Source of the DNA: Syntrophorhabdaceae bacterium
GTDB taxonomy: Bacteria; Desulfobacterota; Syntrophorhabdia; Syntrophorhabdales; Syntrophorhabdaceae
Direction of reading: 5' to 3'
NCBI GenBank assembly: GCA_963665295.1
Contig: OY762209.1
Span: 1,696,001 to 1,760,000 of the forward strand
Length of the DNA stretch: 64,000 nt
Position numbers and translations under genes: made by a program
The notes under the pieces: model-generated
What the model was told of the DNA's origin: nothing
The model's database searches: none
What the model saw: the letters and a program-made list of their open reading frames with translations, nothing else
Shown: piece after piece, positions 1-11,117 of the stretch
Numbering within the stretch: the stretch's first letter is position 1
Layout: each line of letters begins with the position of its first letter

Positions 1-1
1 T

Positions 2-163
2 ATCAAACCGTCGGTAGCGGAGGACCAGATTTATCTGGTCCAACTCTTCTGCCGATTCCGGTTCTATAAGACATGGAAGGCGGACGCCTTTGGCATCCCG
101 GGATTGACTGAAGCGAAACTGCTGGCCTTCCAGGGGAAAAGCGCGAGCCTGCCCGCGGAGTGA
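2..163 (+). CDS. C-terminal end of a gene entering from the left edge (product unknown; possibly the AAA+ partner of the downstream vWA protein)
   Basis: Frame 2 is open from the window start (IKPSVAEDQIYLVQLFCRFRFYKTWKADAFGIPGLTEAKLLAFQGKSASLPAE) to TGA at 161-163, 4 nt before the next ATG. The product is inferred from context only. Confidence 0.55.
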   Translation: MKPSVAEDQIYLVQLFCRFRFYKTWKADAFGIPGLTEAKLLAFQGKSASLPAE

Positions 164-167
164 CGCC

Positions 168-1712
168 ATGTCGGAACCGCTCAGGCGCAAACCCGCAGGG
201 ATAGAATCGAAGCAGGTGGTCGAGAACGTATACGGCCGACCGAACAGCGCCAGGGGGCGCAACACCATCGAAGCCTTCCTGAAGAAGAGGGTCGGGAAGC
301 CCGCTCCTGTAGTCAAACCCCGTTTTGTCGAGGACGAGAACACCTACCGCATTGACCTCAGTCCCTATCAGGCGGTTAACAAACCGAGGGATATCAATGG
401 TCTCGTCGCCTTCCGGGCCGTAAAGGGCACTACCGAGTGCGTGGTGAACCAAAAGGGTGAAATAATAGGACGGGAGTATGATTTCGTGAGCGACCCCGTC
501 TCTGTAAACGGCAGGATATTCTTCCAGGCCGGCCTGGGAAAAAAACAGTTCGTCATTAACGAAAAAGGGAAGAGGATCGGGGGGAGCTACGACATGACGG
601 GCATTCCCCGCGAAGTGAAGGGTCGCCTTGTTTTCAGGGCCGGGCAGGGGAGCAGGGAGTTCATGGTCAACGAAAAGGGAGAAAAGGTGGGGGGTGAGTA
701 TGATTTTGTGGGAGACCCCCAGGACATGGGCGGACAACTCTTCTTCCGGGCGGGGCGGACCGGCAGGCAATTTGTCGTCAACGAAAAGGGAGAGAAGACG
801 GCGGGAGAGTATGACTTTGTGGGAGACCCCCGGTATATAGGCGGGCAGATCGTCTTCCAGGCAGGCGAGGGCGGCAGGCAGTTCATCGTCAACGAAAAGG
901 GAGAGAGGATAGGCGGGGACTATGAATTCGTGAGCACCCCCAGGGGTGTCCGGGGCCGGGTCGTATACTGGGCGAGAGAAGGGGTGAAATATTTCATCGT
1001 CAACGAAAAGGGAGAGAAGGTGGGGGGCGAGTATGATTTTGTGGGAGACCCCCAGGATATAGAGGGGCAGATCGTCTTCCGGGCCAAGGAAAGGATGAAA
1101 TGGTTCGTCATGACGGAAAAGGGGGAGAGGATCGGAGAAACGTACGACACTTTGCGCGACCCCGTGAGCATCGGAGGCCGCATTGCCTTCTGGGCGTTCC
1201 AGGGGAGCGAGTACGTAGCGATAAACGATCGGGACGATTCCCTCGCAGGGGAGTACATCGCGGCAGGTCAACGCCGTGACACGGAAAAAAGGATCGATTT
1301 CTGGACATTTCAAGTCGGTCAGTATTCCGTGGTCAACGAGAAGGGGGAAGCGGTGGGAGGAAAGTATGATTCCGTGGGAGACCCCCAGGATATTGACGGC
1401 CGGGTCGCGTTCAAAGCCGTTCGCGGCGATAGGGAGTTCGTAGTCAACGAAAAGGGAGAAAAGGTTGGGGGCGAATACGAGTATGTGAGCGTGCCCCAGA
1501 ATATCCACGGCCGCATCGCCTTCTGGGCAAGGGAGGGAACAGGGTTCTTTATCGTCGGCGAGGGAGGCCTCCGCGACGGTCGTCTCTTCGATGAGGTCTA
1601 CTTTCTCAAGCCCCTGCGGGGCGGCGCGGCGTACGTGATCGCGCGCAAAGACAACTGCTATGTGAAAGAGATTGTCGAGGCCTCTTTCTTTCTTAAGCAA
1701 GGAGAAATATGA
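168..1712 (+). CDS. Tandem 37-aa repeat protein (WG/KWG-like beta-repeat, probable propeller or solenoid)
   Basis: About 11 copies of VNEKGEKVGGEYDFVGDPQDIGGQIVFRAGEGGRQFI; the stop overlaps the next start (ATGA). Confidence 0.85.
   Translation: MSEPLRRKPAGIESKQVVENVYGRPNSARGRNTIEAFLKKRVGKPAPVVKPRFVEDENTYRIDLSPYQAVNKPRDINGLVAFRAVKGTTECVVNQKGEIIGREYDFVSDPVSVNGRIFFQAGLGKKQFVINEKGKRIGGSYDMTGIPREVKGRLVFRAGQGSREFMVNEKGEKVGGEYDFVGDPQDMGGQLFFRAGRTGRQFVVNEKGEKTAGEYDFVGDPRYIGGQIVFQAGEGGRQFIVNEKGERIGGDYEFVSTPRGVRGRVVYWAREGVKYFIVNEKGEKVGGEYDFVGDPQDIEGQIVFRAKERMKWFVMTEKGERIGETYDTLRDPVSIGGRIAFWAFQGSEYVAINDRDDSLAGEYIAAGQRRDTEKRIDFWTFQVGQYSVVNEKGEAVGGKYDSVGDPQDIDGRVAFKAVRGDREFVVNEKGEKVGGEYEYVSVPQNIHGRIAFWAREGTGFFIVGEGGLRDGRLFDEVYFLKPLRGGAAYVIARKDNCYVKEIVEASFFLKQGEI
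444..1600 (+). repeat. Intragenic tandem repeat, 111-bp period
   Basis: The equivalent codon of the (V/I/M)NEKG motif falls at 444, 555, 666, 777, 888, 999, 1110, 1221, 1332, 1443 and 1554. Confidence 0.9.
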
Positions 1713-3625
1713 ACCCCCGCAATCATGAAGGGAACCTGAAGACTGAGACCACACCGGCCGATGACAGGGGCGCGAAGAGGGCCGCCCGGTTTTTTGCCGA
1801 GCATCTGCGGGCTATCGCCGATTACGCGGGTCAGGCCGGGTTGACCTTCGAGCCGGGTGACAGCTGGACTTTTGACATGGAGAGACGTCGTGGGACCTTT
1901 GACCCATTGTTCTTCACCAAAAGGGGCTTCGGGGAAGCCGAAAGCATGTGGGCCGCCTGTCACGAGATAGAGCATTTCCTCGATTGGCTGAGGGACCCCG
2001 AAGGATATGCCGATCTCTATGGGAGAACGGAGAAGGAAAGACGGCTCGACCTCCTCTACCATTACATGAACGATATACTGGTCAACCGGGAAGAGGACAG
2101 GAGATTTCCCGCCCACATCGAGACAAGGGAATATCTTTACGAGGACAAACTCTTTCCCCGGATCGACTATTCCGGCGCACCCCGCCATCTCCAGTTCATC
2201 ACCGCCATTCTCAGGGAATCGATGCTTCCCCGTGAACCGGTCATGGTTTCGCCCGAAGTGAGGAACGCCATAAGGACGCTCAGGGATATAGACGGAGAGG
2301 GAACGAACCTCATCGACCTCGTGACCGATCCTACCGCGAGACCACGGGAGCGCTTCGGCCTGATCCGGGATTATATCGAACCCGTGTATGAAAAGTTCTT
2401 TCAGGAAGATGTGAAAGAGAGAAGGAACCGTCAAAAGGAAAGACCGGACAGGGAGAGCGAATCCACGAAGGAAGAGACCCCCGAAGGCGGATCGAGAGGA
2501 ACGGATAAAGGGTACATCCAGAACGACGCATCGAAGAACAGGAACAGGAAGACCAAAAGGGGCAAGGACAAACCCCATGACGACGAAGACTACTTCTCCC
2601 TTGAATATGATGAATCGAAGGAGAAGCTCCCCCAGGTTTTCTCCCCTCGCGAGGCCAGGGAGCAGATCGAGAAGGAGATGAAGCGCCGCAGGGAAGAAGA
2701 CCGGTCCGCCGAAGAGGTCGCGAAGGAACAGTTCAGGTCCGAGTACGGTGTTTCCGCCGAGGAAGTGGAAGACTACAGCGAAGAATACAAGAAGATAGGA
2801 CCCCATATCGAACCCCTGAGACACGTGTTCGAGCGCATCATCTCCACCAGGAAGGGAGTGAAACGCCGACTCAAGGAAAGGACCGATGAAGGGGTAATCA
2901 TCGATCCCTCGCTGATCGCCCAGGCTTATATCGACGCTCAAAGCGGCATCCTCAATTCGCGCACCCAGTTGAAGATCATGAGACAGGAATTTGATGAGAA
3001 CAAACCCAAGGATTTCGAATTTACCCTGGTCTGCGACCTCTCGGGTTCCATGAATGAGAACTGGCCGGGAGGCAAAAGCCATGAGCAGAAGTCTTCCGTA
3101 GTCCTCATCATCGAGGCCCTTGACGAATTTGAAAAGAAGCTCAAGGAGGAGAGGCTCGAACAGCTTGTCGACCTCCATGTGCTCACCGAGGTGCGAGGGT
3201 TCCATTCCGAGGACGAAGAGCTTAAACCCCTGAGCGACTCCATCGATTTCTCTACAAGGGTGGGCATTTCCCGGAGGCTGGATAGCTGCATCGGCGGCCG
3301 GACGGCGGACTACAAATCCCTGGTAAAAGTGGCGGCCACCATAGGCCATGAGACGAAGACACGGATCAAGGAGCGGGACCTGAAAAAGGTGCTCATCCTG
3401 ATTACCGATGGCGGGAGCGACGACGTTTCACTCACGCGGGAGGCCAAAAACAGGCTCGCGGCAACGGGGGTCATCGCCAAGGCAATCCAGATCGGTCAAC
3501 CGAGCAACCAGGATATAAAGAAATTCAGGCACGTGTGGCAACGGGACGGTTCTCCGTGCCGGGATGTCACTCAACTGGTAAGGACCATCGAAAAACTGCT
3601 GGAAGATTTCCTGAAGGACCTTTAG
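1709..3625 (+). CDS. vWA-domain protein with N-terminal HExxH motif and charged linker (CobT/DUF2201-like architecture)
   Basis: HEIEH near the N-terminus, an acidic/basic low-complexity linker, MIDAS motif DLSGSM, GRTAD and LILITDG. Confidence 0.8.
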   Translation: MNPRNHEGNLKTETTPADDRGAKRAARFFAEHLRAIADYAGQAGLTFEPGDSWTFDMERRRGTFDPLFFTKRGFGEAESMWAACHEIEHFLDWLRDPEGYADLYGRTEKERRLDLLYHYMNDILVNREEDRRFPAHIETREYLYEDKLFPRIDYSGAPRHLQFITAILRESMLPREPVMVSPEVRNAIRTLRDIDGEGTNLIDLVTDPTARPRERFGLIRDYIEPVYEKFFQEDVKERRNRQKERPDRESESTKEETPEGGSRGTDKGYIQNDASKNRNRKTKRGKDKPHDDEDYFSLEYDESKEKLPQVFSPREAREQIEKEMKRRREEDRSAEEVAKEQFRSEYGVSAEEVEDYSEEYKKIGPHIEPLRHVFERIISTRKGVKRRLKERTDEGVIIDPSLIAQAYIDAQSGILNSRTQLKIMRQEFDENKPKDFEFTLVCDLSGSMNENWPGGKSHEQKSSVVLIIEALDEFEKKLKEERLEQLVDLHVLTEVRGFHSEDEELKPLSDSIDFSTRVGISRRLDSCIGGRTADYKSLVKVAATIGHETKTRIKERDLKKVLILITDGGSDDVSLTREAKNRLAATGVIAKAIQIGQPSNQDIKKFRHVWQRDGSPCRDVTQLVRTIEKLLEDFLKDL

Positions 3626-3888
3626 AGGGCGTCCCTTCTCCAACAACATCTTTTCATGAGATGCCGAGGGGATTCGCAATGCAGGCTGCGACCCCGTATT
3701 CGCTCCCGGCTAAAGTACTTGCGCCGGATGGCGATAATGCCTTAGGGTGGACAGGTCCGGATTCCGCCGGACGGGAAGGTCCTGCCGCCTTGAGGAATAC
3801 GGATGATAACCGTGGACCGGTGGAAAAAGAAGGCAGGGTTGCGGGAATACCCGTCCGACCCGGCATTCAATATAAAGGAGTACCCTTG

Positions 3889-4956
3889 ATGGACGATGAC
3901 AAGTATATGACCATCCCTCCCGGGGCAATCATACCGGGGAGCCTGCCGAAGTTTAAAATTTACGTTCGTTCCCCGAAAGGGCAACATATTCTCTGGGCCA
4001 GGGACGGTAATGAGGTCACGCCGGAGCAATTCCGGAAGCTCTCCGAGAGCGGGCCAAAAGAGGTTTACATAGCCCTCGAGGAAGAGGTGAAATACGAGCA
4101 GTACCTGGAGAACCACCTGGGAACCATCCTGGAGAACAAGTTCCCGTCGGACGAGCAGAAGGCGGCTATCTTCAGCAAGGTTTCAACCAATGTAGTGAAG
4201 GGCGCCTTCGAAAAATCCTTCGGGCTCGGGTCTATGAGTGCGGACGCGCTGCATCGCACGGAATCGATGGTCAAGAACGCACTCCTGTTCATCACGGAGT
4301 CCAACTCCCTGCAAGCCCTTGCAAAGATGATCGGCCATGACTACCAGACGTACGAGCATGCCACAAAGGTCCTCTGGTTTACCGTGGCGTTTCTCAGGGA
4401 AACCCCGTACCTCCTTGAACGGATCGATCAGGATTATCAGACCTTCGATGAAGAGCGGAGGATGGAAATGTTGAGGCAGTGCGGCGTCGGCGCCCTGCTC
4501 CACGACATCGGAAAGGCCTTTGTTTCACAGCAGATACTCAACAAGAACGAGCCCCTCACCGACGTGGAATGGGAGGTCATGAAGCGCCATCCCCTAAACG
4601 GCCTCGCCATGCTCCTCGATACGGATATTCCCAATTTTGTCAAAAAGGCCGTATTGCACCATCATGAGGATTTTTGCGGCAGCGGCTATCCCCTGGGCCT
4701 CGAAGGGGAGAATATCGGTGTTCTCGCGAGGGTGCTCAGGATTGTGGATGTCTTTGACGCCATGACTTCCCGGCGCCCTTACAAAGACCCCATACCTCCC
4801 GGAAAGGCGATACAGATCATGGTCGGGGTCCCGCCGGACAGGAAAGGGGACGATCCCTCTTCGCCTGACGATCGCGACCGGGGCATGAGGCGGTGTTTCG
4901 ACGAGGAGCTTCTCCGAAAATTCATAGTATTTCTCGGAAGCGTGAGATTGACCTAA
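3889..4956 (+). CDS. HD-GYP domain phosphodiesterase
   Basis: YEH, LLHDIGK, HP, HHHEDFCGSGYP and DVFDAMTSRRPYK motifs; RBS AAAGGAG ahead of ATG 3889. Confidence 0.85.
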   Translation: MDDDKYMTIPPGAIIPGSLPKFKIYVRSPKGQHILWARDGNEVTPEQFRKLSESGPKEVYIALEEEVKYEQYLENHLGTILENKFPSDEQKAAIFSKVSTNVVKGAFEKSFGLGSMSADALHRTESMVKNALLFITESNSLQALAKMIGHDYQTYEHATKVLWFTVAFLRETPYLLERIDQDYQTFDEERRMEMLRQCGVGALLHDIGKAFVSQQILNKNEPLTDVEWEVMKRHPLNGLAMLLDTDIPNFVKKAVLHHHEDFCGSGYPLGLEGENIGVLARVLRIVDVFDAMTSRRPYKDPIPPGKAIQIMVGVPPDRKGDDPSSPDDRDRGMRRCFDEELLRKFIVFLGSVRLT

Positions 4957-6329
4957 CGATGGGCCGGTGCCTTGGGTTCCTGGCGGCCGGATGGAGCGGA
5001 TCCTCCCGGAAGGGGCTTCTTTTCCTTGAGGACCTGGAATGTCTCCACCACAGTCCCGTCCGGTCTCAAAACGGTCACGGTCAACGTGTTTCCCGCAATC
5101 TCAAAGCGGGCAAGGTGATAGGTTTTTTCGGCCCGCACCACAAACCGGGCGGAATCGGCGTTGCAGGGCGCGGGATCGGAAAGGGGCGCGCCTCCTCCAC
5201 CCAGGGTAAGGTAGGTGATGCCATAGGCCCCGTTGTCTCTCAGTACATGGGAGTAATAATTTCCGTGCCCCTGTATCACCAGGCGGACGTCTGATTCGGT
5301 CGATTCGATTATGGGGGTGAGCGCGTTTTGCAGGACTTTGGACTGAAAAGCGCAGTCCCAGACGGGGGTGTGGATCATCACGACCTTCCACGGTTTCTTC
5401 GATGCCTTGAGGTCCTGCTTCAGCCAGTCCATCTGCCTCGCATCGGGCAGTTGATCGCCCGGCGCGCCGGGATATGACCATGTATCCACCACCGCGACAT
5501 GGAGGGGGCCGTAGCTGAAAGAGTAATAATAACGATTGCTGAGCTTGTATGTGGCAAAAGGGAGATATTTTCTGAAATACTGTCCTATGTGTTGTTCGAG
5601 GAGGTACTCTTCGCCGAAGGACGCACTGAGGCCCTCGCTTTCCCCGAGCGCCCCCAAGAGAGGGAAATCCCGAAGGCAATTGTTGACGTAAGGGACTTTC
5701 GGGCCGAACAATTCCACGTCCCAGAAGTACTCGGTCAGGCCATAGCTCACATAATCCCCTGAATGGAGGATTATGGTCTGGCGGTGGTCCGGATCGGCAA
5801 GTTTGTCCTCCATGAGCCTTTGCATCAGGCGGTTGTGTGTGTCCGCGCCGTTTCTGCTCCCCCCGTAGCCATAGAATGTAAGGGATGTGGCGGAAGGGTC
5901 GGGGGCCGAAAGAAAGGACCCGGTGAACTGCTCGCCGTCCGCTGTTACGCGCCAGTAATATCTTTGGTCGGGGGAGAGGCCGCCGATCGTGTAGTCGAAC
6001 TGGTGCCCGTCCACGCCCATGCCGCGTTCAATGACAGGGACGGGAGGATGTCCGTAGGAGGGCGAAGGGCCCCACTCGACAGTCGTCTTCCGGGGTGTGC
6101 GCGAAGTCTGCCAGAAAAGGGTCATATTTGTATGCTTGTTGTTGTAGGAAAGATACGGCCCTTTTCTCATGATGGGGGCTGCCTTTGCCGGAGCAGCCGC
6201 TGTCTCGGAGGTCGGCTGCCCATCCTGGCCGGCCGGCTGAGCGTAGGATATCGGCGGGATGAGGCACAGGGCAAGGGCGCAGGCGAGGACGATAAGTCGT
6301 CCCGCGGCCCGGAGATGCTCCCCGTTCAT
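4953..6329 (-). CDS. Exported purple-acid-phosphatase-like protein (FN3-like + calcineurin-like domain) with degenerate metal ligands
   Basis: Signal peptide, KGPYL start of the PAP N-domain, HSGDYV, YYSFSYG, WKVVMIH and GH motifs; several canonical ligands are altered. Confidence 0.75.
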   Translation of the reverse strand: MNGEHLRAAGRLIVLACALALCLIPPISYAQPAGQDGQPTSETAAAPAKAAPIMRKGPYLSYNNKHTNMTLFWQTSRTPRKTTVEWGPSPSYGHPPVPVIERGMGVDGHQFDYTIGGLSPDQRYYWRVTADGEQFTGSFLSAPDPSATSLTFYGYGGSRNGADTHNRLMQRLMEDKLADPDHRQTIILHSGDYVSYGLTEYFWDVELFGPKVPYVNNCLRDFPLLGALGESEGLSASFGEEYLLEQHIGQYFRKYLPFATYKLSNRYYYSFSYGPLHVAVVDTWSYPGAPGDQLPDARQMDWLKQDLKASKKPWKVVMIHTPVWDCAFQSKVLQNALTPIIESTESDVRLVIQGHGNYYSHVLRDNGAYGITYLTLGGGGAPLSDPAPCNADSARFVVRAEKTYHLARFEIAGNTLTVTVLRPDGTVVETFQVLKEKKPLPGGSAPSGRQEPKAPAHR

Positions 6330-6462
6330 GGGGATACCTTTCTTTGACGCACCCCGGTTCCGAACCTGCCGGAGGGGATCACTTCCGCCGCAACCCGCCC
6401 TGAACCCCGACTTGCTTCGGACGCTTCCGCCCTGTCCCTTCCCATTTCCCCTGTTTCCGCGC

Positions 6463-8223
6463 TTACAGGAAGTACGCGTTCAGGACGTACTGCTGCAGCA
6501 TCCTGTGGGTGTTGAAGAAGGAGCCGTTGAGTGCGATCACGTGGCGCATGACGTCGATAAAGCGGGACCTGTTGTTGTAATACATGGGAATGATCACATC
6601 CTCCAGCTTGGCGTATAGGGACATGGCATCCTCGGTCCGGTCATCTTTTGCGGGGTCCTGCCCCCGCTCACCTATGGACCATCCCGTCACCCCCTCGATG
6701 TGCCCTTCTATCCACCAGCCGTCGAGGATACTCAAAGACGGAACGCCGTTCAGGACAGCCTTCATCCCGCTCGTGCCCGATGCCTCAAGGGGAGGCTGGG
6801 GCGTGTTCAACCACACATCCACCCCCGAGGTAATGAGTCTGCCGAGAGAAAAATCGTAGTTCTCGAGATACACGATCTTTATGCTGTCACGGAGCGATTC
6901 CTTGATTCGGAAAATGTGCTGTATGATCTCCTTTCCCCCCTGATCGTTGGGATGGGCCTTTCCCGCGTAAATGATCTGGATGGGACCAACGTCCCTACAG
7001 ATACTTTTCAGCCTCTCCGTATCCGTGAAGATAAGATCGCCTCTCTTGTAGGGCGCGGCGCGGCGCGCGAAGCCCAGGGTCAGCATATCAGGGTCCATCC
7101 CTTCGTTGGTCGCCCTGTTTACATATTGGAGGAGCCGTCTTTTTGCCGCCATATGGGCCTGCCATAACTCTTCCCTGGGGATGTTGAGCGAAGAGCGGAG
7201 GGAGAAATTATCCTGTCTCCATCCAGGTATGTACTGGTCGAAAAGGTCCTGAAAAGGCCTCGATGTCCAGGTGGCGGCATGGACGCCGTTGGTGATGGCG
7301 TCGATATGGTAACCGGCGAACATGAGGCTCGACACCTCTCCGTGCTTCTTTGCGACGCCGTTCACATAATGGCTCAGGTTCAAGGCGAGATAGGTCATGT
7401 TAAGGGTGAGGTCGCCCGGTGTAATATTGTAGAGGTCGGGAAGTTTCTGACCCGAGGAAAGGATACGGCTGAACACATCCACGCAAAGGACATCCTTGAA
7501 GTCGATGAAATTTTCGTGATGCCCGAGGATCTGATTCACCAAGGCTATAGGAAATTGATCGTGCCCCGCGGGCACGGGCGTATGGGTAGTGAAGATGCAT
7601 TTTTCCCTCACCGCCTCTATATCGTCGTGATTTACGGACTCCCTGCCCGCCTTTTGCGCCTCTTCTTCGAGAAGGGCAAGGGTGAGGAGGCTCGCATGAC
7701 CTTCGTTCATATGGTACCGTTGGATACTGTTGTAGCCCAGGGCTTCGAGCATTCTCACCCCGCCTATGCCGAGGATGGCCTCCTGGCTGAGCCGGTACTT
7801 CGGGTCGCCTCCATAGAGGTAATCGGTGAGCGATCGGACCCACTCAGGGTTTTCCGGGATATTCGTGTCGAGGAAGTATACGGGGACGACATGGCCGGTC
7901 ACGCCCTTGACCTCGTATTTCCATGCCCGTATCTTAATAGGCTGGCCTTCAAGCATCCCTGACGCCCTCTCGTCCATTTCGGACAGTAAATCCCCGACAA
8001 CCCACTCAACCGGCTGCTCCTGTTGCCATCCGCTCGCATCTATCTTTTGATAGAAATATCCTTTGCGGTAAAGGAGACTGATTGCTACCATGGGAAGTCC
8101 GAGGTCCGCCGCAGACCGTATCGTATCGCCTGCAAGGATGCCGAGACCGCCGCTGTAAGTCGGTATTTCCGGATCAACAGCAATCTCCATGGAAAAATAC
8201 GCTATCTTCCTCTCATCTACCAT
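6463..8223 (-). CDS. glgP: Alpha-glucan (glycogen/starch) phosphorylase
   Basis: [43 protein letters not shown] (PLP lysine) and DGWWIEG. Confidence 0.95.
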   Translation of the reverse strand: MVDERKIAYFSMEIAVDPEIPTYSGGLGILAGDTIRSAADLGLPMVAISLLYRKGYFYQKIDASGWQQEQPVEWVVGDLLSEMDERASGMLEGQPIKIRAWKYEVKGVTGHVVPVYFLDTNIPENPEWVRSLTDYLYGGDPKYRLSQEAILGIGGVRMLEALGYNSIQRYHMNEGHASLLTLALLEEEAQKAGRESVNHDDIEAVREKCIFTTHTPVPAGHDQFPIALVNQILGHHENFIDFKDVLCVDVFSRILSSGQKLPDLYNITPGDLTLNMTYLALNLSHYVNGVAKKHGEVSSLMFAGYHIDAITNGVHAATWTSRPFQDLFDQYIPGWRQDNFSLRSSLNIPREELWQAHMAAKRRLLQYVNRATNEGMDPDMLTLGFARRAAPYKRGDLIFTDTERLKSICRDVGPIQIIYAGKAHPNDQGGKEIIQHIFRIKESLRDSIKIVYLENYDFSLGRLITSGVDVWLNTPQPPLEASGTSGMKAVLNGVPSLSILDGWWIEGHIEGVTGWSIGERGQDPAKDDRTEDAMSLYAKLEDVIIPMYYNNRSRFIDVMRHVIALNGSFFNTHRMLQQYVLNAYFL

Positions 8224-8331
8224 ATTTTGAACCCCTCCCCTGTTTTTTTGTCCCCTTGGTGCATCTCCTCCATTTTAAACTCTTTACACGGAATTTGAAA
8301 GATTTTGTACACCCCGCCGATCACTTTTCTT

Positions 8332-10914
8332 TCACCCCTCCATGGGTCCGGGCCTGTCGAGAATCCGGCGCACTTTGTGGAGGAGTTCGTGGGGAGACAG
8401 GGGTTTCGGGATGAAGTCAAATTGGCCTTCCTCGACACCCTTGTCAAGTACAACGTCCGTCGTATATCCGCTCATGAAGAGGGTCGGCACACCGGGCCGC
8501 AGCTTCTGTATGTCGTCGTAAGCCTCCCTCCCGTTCTTCTTCGGCATGACGGAATCCATAACTACGAGGGAAATGCCTTCGCTCTCCTCGAACTTTCTCA
8601 CCGCGTCGTGGCCGTCCACAGCAACAACCACTTCGTAGCCGTACTGGGCGAGGATGTCGGTGAGGAGGACGCGCACGTGCTCGTTGTCCTCGGCCACGAG
8701 TATCTTCTCCTTTCCTCTTGTGAGGAAAGAAGGGGAGATACGTTTCTTTTCGGCCGCGGTCTTCACTGCGGGAAAGTAGATATGGAAAACGCATCCCCGG
8801 CCTATCCCGGTATGCACGGTGATATACCCGCCATGTTGCTTGACGATCCCATAGACGGTGGAGAGGCCGAGTCCCGTACCCTTGCCCACGTCTTTGGTGG
8901 TGAAAAAGGGGTCGAAGATCTTTTCCTTTGTCTCCTCATCCATGCCGATTCCCGTATCGGCGACAGTGATGAGTGCGTATTGTCCCGTTTCTCCGAACCC
9001 GTGAACGAGCATGAATTCCCTGTCCAGTTCCACCTTCTTTGTGGTGATCGTGATGGTGCCGCCCCCAGGCATGGCGTCCCGCGCGTTGCCCACGAGGTTG
9101 AAAAGTATCTGGTCGATCTGCGTGGAGTCGGCCATGACTACCATATCTTCGTCGCCGAGGTGGGTTACGAGAGTGATATCCTCGGTGAGGAGCCTCGTGA
9201 GAAGGTTCCGCGTGTCACGGACAACAGTGTTCACATCCTGGGGATTCAACGTGATGGGCTGCCTCCTGCTGAAGGCGAGAAGGCTTTGGGTGAGGCTCGC
9301 CGCCTTATGGGACGCGGAGAGTATCTGGTCCGCATAGAGCTTAAGGGGGTTGCCTTCCCCCAGCTTCATCTGAAGAAGGGTCCCGTATCCCGTGAGGGCG
9401 GTAAGGATGTTGTTAAAATCGTGGGCGATGCCGCCTGCAAGGGTTCCTATGGCCTCCATCTTCTGGGACTGGCGGAGCTGGGATTCGAGGGTCACTTCTT
9501 TGGTGATATCGATGAGAGTGCCGAAAGCGGCGGGCCGTCCGTTGTAAGTGAAATAGCCCCCGAGGAACTTTACCGTAATGACCTTGCCATCTTTCCTGAC
9601 GGCCTTGATCTCATGTTCATTATCTATGGTTTCACCCTCCAGCTGCCTTCTCAGGTTGAGCCGCATCCTCTCCAGTTCATCGGGATGGACGAGGTTCAGA
9701 GGGCTCAAGGTGTCGACAATCTCCTCGTAGGAGTATCCGAAAAGGGTGCAGAACCGTGTGTTGACGAAGCGGAACAGGTCGTCCTGTACGACGTAGGATG
9801 CGACGAGAGAGCTTTCCACTACGCTCCGGTACTTCATCTCCGATTCATGAAGGGCGATTTCGGCCAATTTCCGCTTGGTAATGTCTTCCACGCTTCCCTC
9901 GAAATATGCGATCTCCCCGTTTTCGTCCCGGACCGTGTGGGCATTTATGGAGACCCACACAGTCGCCCCGTCCCTGCGGTGGAACTGTGTCTCGAAGCCT
10001 TCCATGCATCCTTGTTCTTCAAGGGCCTTCCGCATCTGCGCCCGGTTTTCCGGTTCGACCCAGAACCGTCTTCCCTCGTCGTGGTAATCGCTTTCGATCA
10101 GTTCGCGCGGAGACTCGTAGCCCCCCATGCGGGCCATGGAAGGGTTGACGCTCTTTATCGTCCCCGACGGGGTGACCTGAAAGATGCCTTCCTTTGCGTG
10201 CTCGAAGATGGCGCGGTACTGCGCCTCGCTCCTCCTCAGCTCGTTTTCCGCCGCGGTCCTCATGGATATTTCCGAATGAAGCCGCTCATTCATATCCTTC
10301 ATATCCTGAAGAGACCGGGCCATTCTCAGGTGCATACTGTTCACCGCGAGAATGAGGGGGATGACATACATGAGAAAAGAGGCGATTTGCACGACCCACA
10401 CCGTGGGCGTCGAAATGTATGCGGCCACGTCGGGCCTGGTGGCGATCACGCCTGTACATATGCCGGCGCCGATGAGGGACGCGGTGAGGGCGCCGATACC
10501 CACCGCTATTATCCCTGCCTTTATGCCGAGAAAGACCCCCGCAAAGGTGCAGAGCACGGTCAGGCTCAGCATGCCTTTGCTCGCGAGCCCCATCATAACA
10601 AGGGAATGGACGACGGTCACCGAAACAAGTCCCGCCATGGCGAAAAACATCCAGAGGGCAGGCAGGCGCCTGCGGAGCAGCAGTATGGCTATGGCGACGA
10701 GATAGAGACCTATGTGGAGCACAAGCACAGGATACCAGCCGTAGTGACGCGAACCTATGAGGGAAGCGACGAGGGCGATGCCCCCGAATACCATGCCCAC
10801 GGGATACATGATGTCAAAGAAACGGGTCAGCGCTATGCGCAGTTCCTCGCGAAGATTATGAAACACGGCAGGGTTATCCGATCTGCATGCAGGTCTGTCT
10901 GTGTCCGGCCTCAT
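8332..10914 (-). CDS. Membrane hybrid sensor kinase (TM region, 2 PAS, HisKA, HATPase, receiver)
   Basis: [43 protein letters not shown] and C-terminal receiver VAED...MD...FMSGY...KP. Confidence 0.92.
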   Translation of the reverse strand: MRPDTDRPACRSDNPAVFHNLREELRIALTRFFDIMYPVGMVFGGIALVASLIGSRHYGWYPVLVLHIGLYLVAIAILLLRRRLPALWMFFAMAGLVSVTVVHSLVMMGLASKGMLSLTVLCTFAGVFLGIKAGIIAVGIGALTASLIGAGICTGVIATRPDVAAYISTPTVWVVQIASFLMYVIPLILAVNSMHLRMARSLQDMKDMNERLHSEISMRTAAENELRRSEAQYRAIFEHAKEGIFQVTPSGTIKSVNPSMARMGGYESPRELIESDYHDEGRRFWVEPENRAQMRKALEEQGCMEGFETQFHRRDGATVWVSINAHTVRDENGEIAYFEGSVEDITKRKLAEIALHESEMKYRSVVESSLVASYVVQDDLFRFVNTRFCTLFGYSYEEIVDTLSPLNLVHPDELERMRLNLRRQLEGETIDNEHEIKAVRKDGKVITVKFLGGYFTYNGRPAAFGTLIDITKEVTLESQLRQSQKMEAIGTLAGGIAHDFNNILTALTGYGTLLQMKLGEGNPLKLYADQILSASHKAASLTQSLLAFSRRQPITLNPQDVNTVVRDTRNLLTRLLTEDITLVTHLGDEDMVVMADSTQIDQILFNLVGNARDAMPGGGTITITTKKVELDREFMLVHGFGETGQYALITVADTGIGMDEETKEKIFDPFFTTKDVGKGTGLGLSTVYGIVKQHGGYITVHTGIGRGCVFHIYFPAVKTAAEKKRISPSFLTRGKEKILVAEDNEHVRVLLTDILAQYGYEVVVAVDGHDAVRKFEESEGISLVVMDSVMPKKNGREAYDDIQKLRPGVPTLFMSGYTTDVVLDKGVEEGQFDFIPKPLSPHELLHKVRRILDRPGPMEG

Positions 10915-11117
10915 GACTGCCCCCCCTCATGACGAAGAAACTCCTTGCACTCTATGGTTCAATATATGGTAATCGGCAGGACTGCGAAAATCCTGAAGCC
11001 TTTGCGTGCAGGTTTGTCGGACAAACAGTCGGGGAATGACGCCGCAGGGCATCACCCGCCCACCTGTTTGTCCGGGGTTCACCGCATATTTTTGCGGTGA
11101 ATTTCATCCTGGGCAGA

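Noticed and set aside
444..1600. 111-bp repeats as a CRISPR array or DGR template
   Set aside because: Units are in-frame coding repeats without unique spacers; no cas or reverse transcriptase gene in the window.
3..3349. Long minus-strand ORFs 3-1754 and 1658-3349
   Set aside because: Antisense shadows of the repeat and vWA genes; no motifs of their own.
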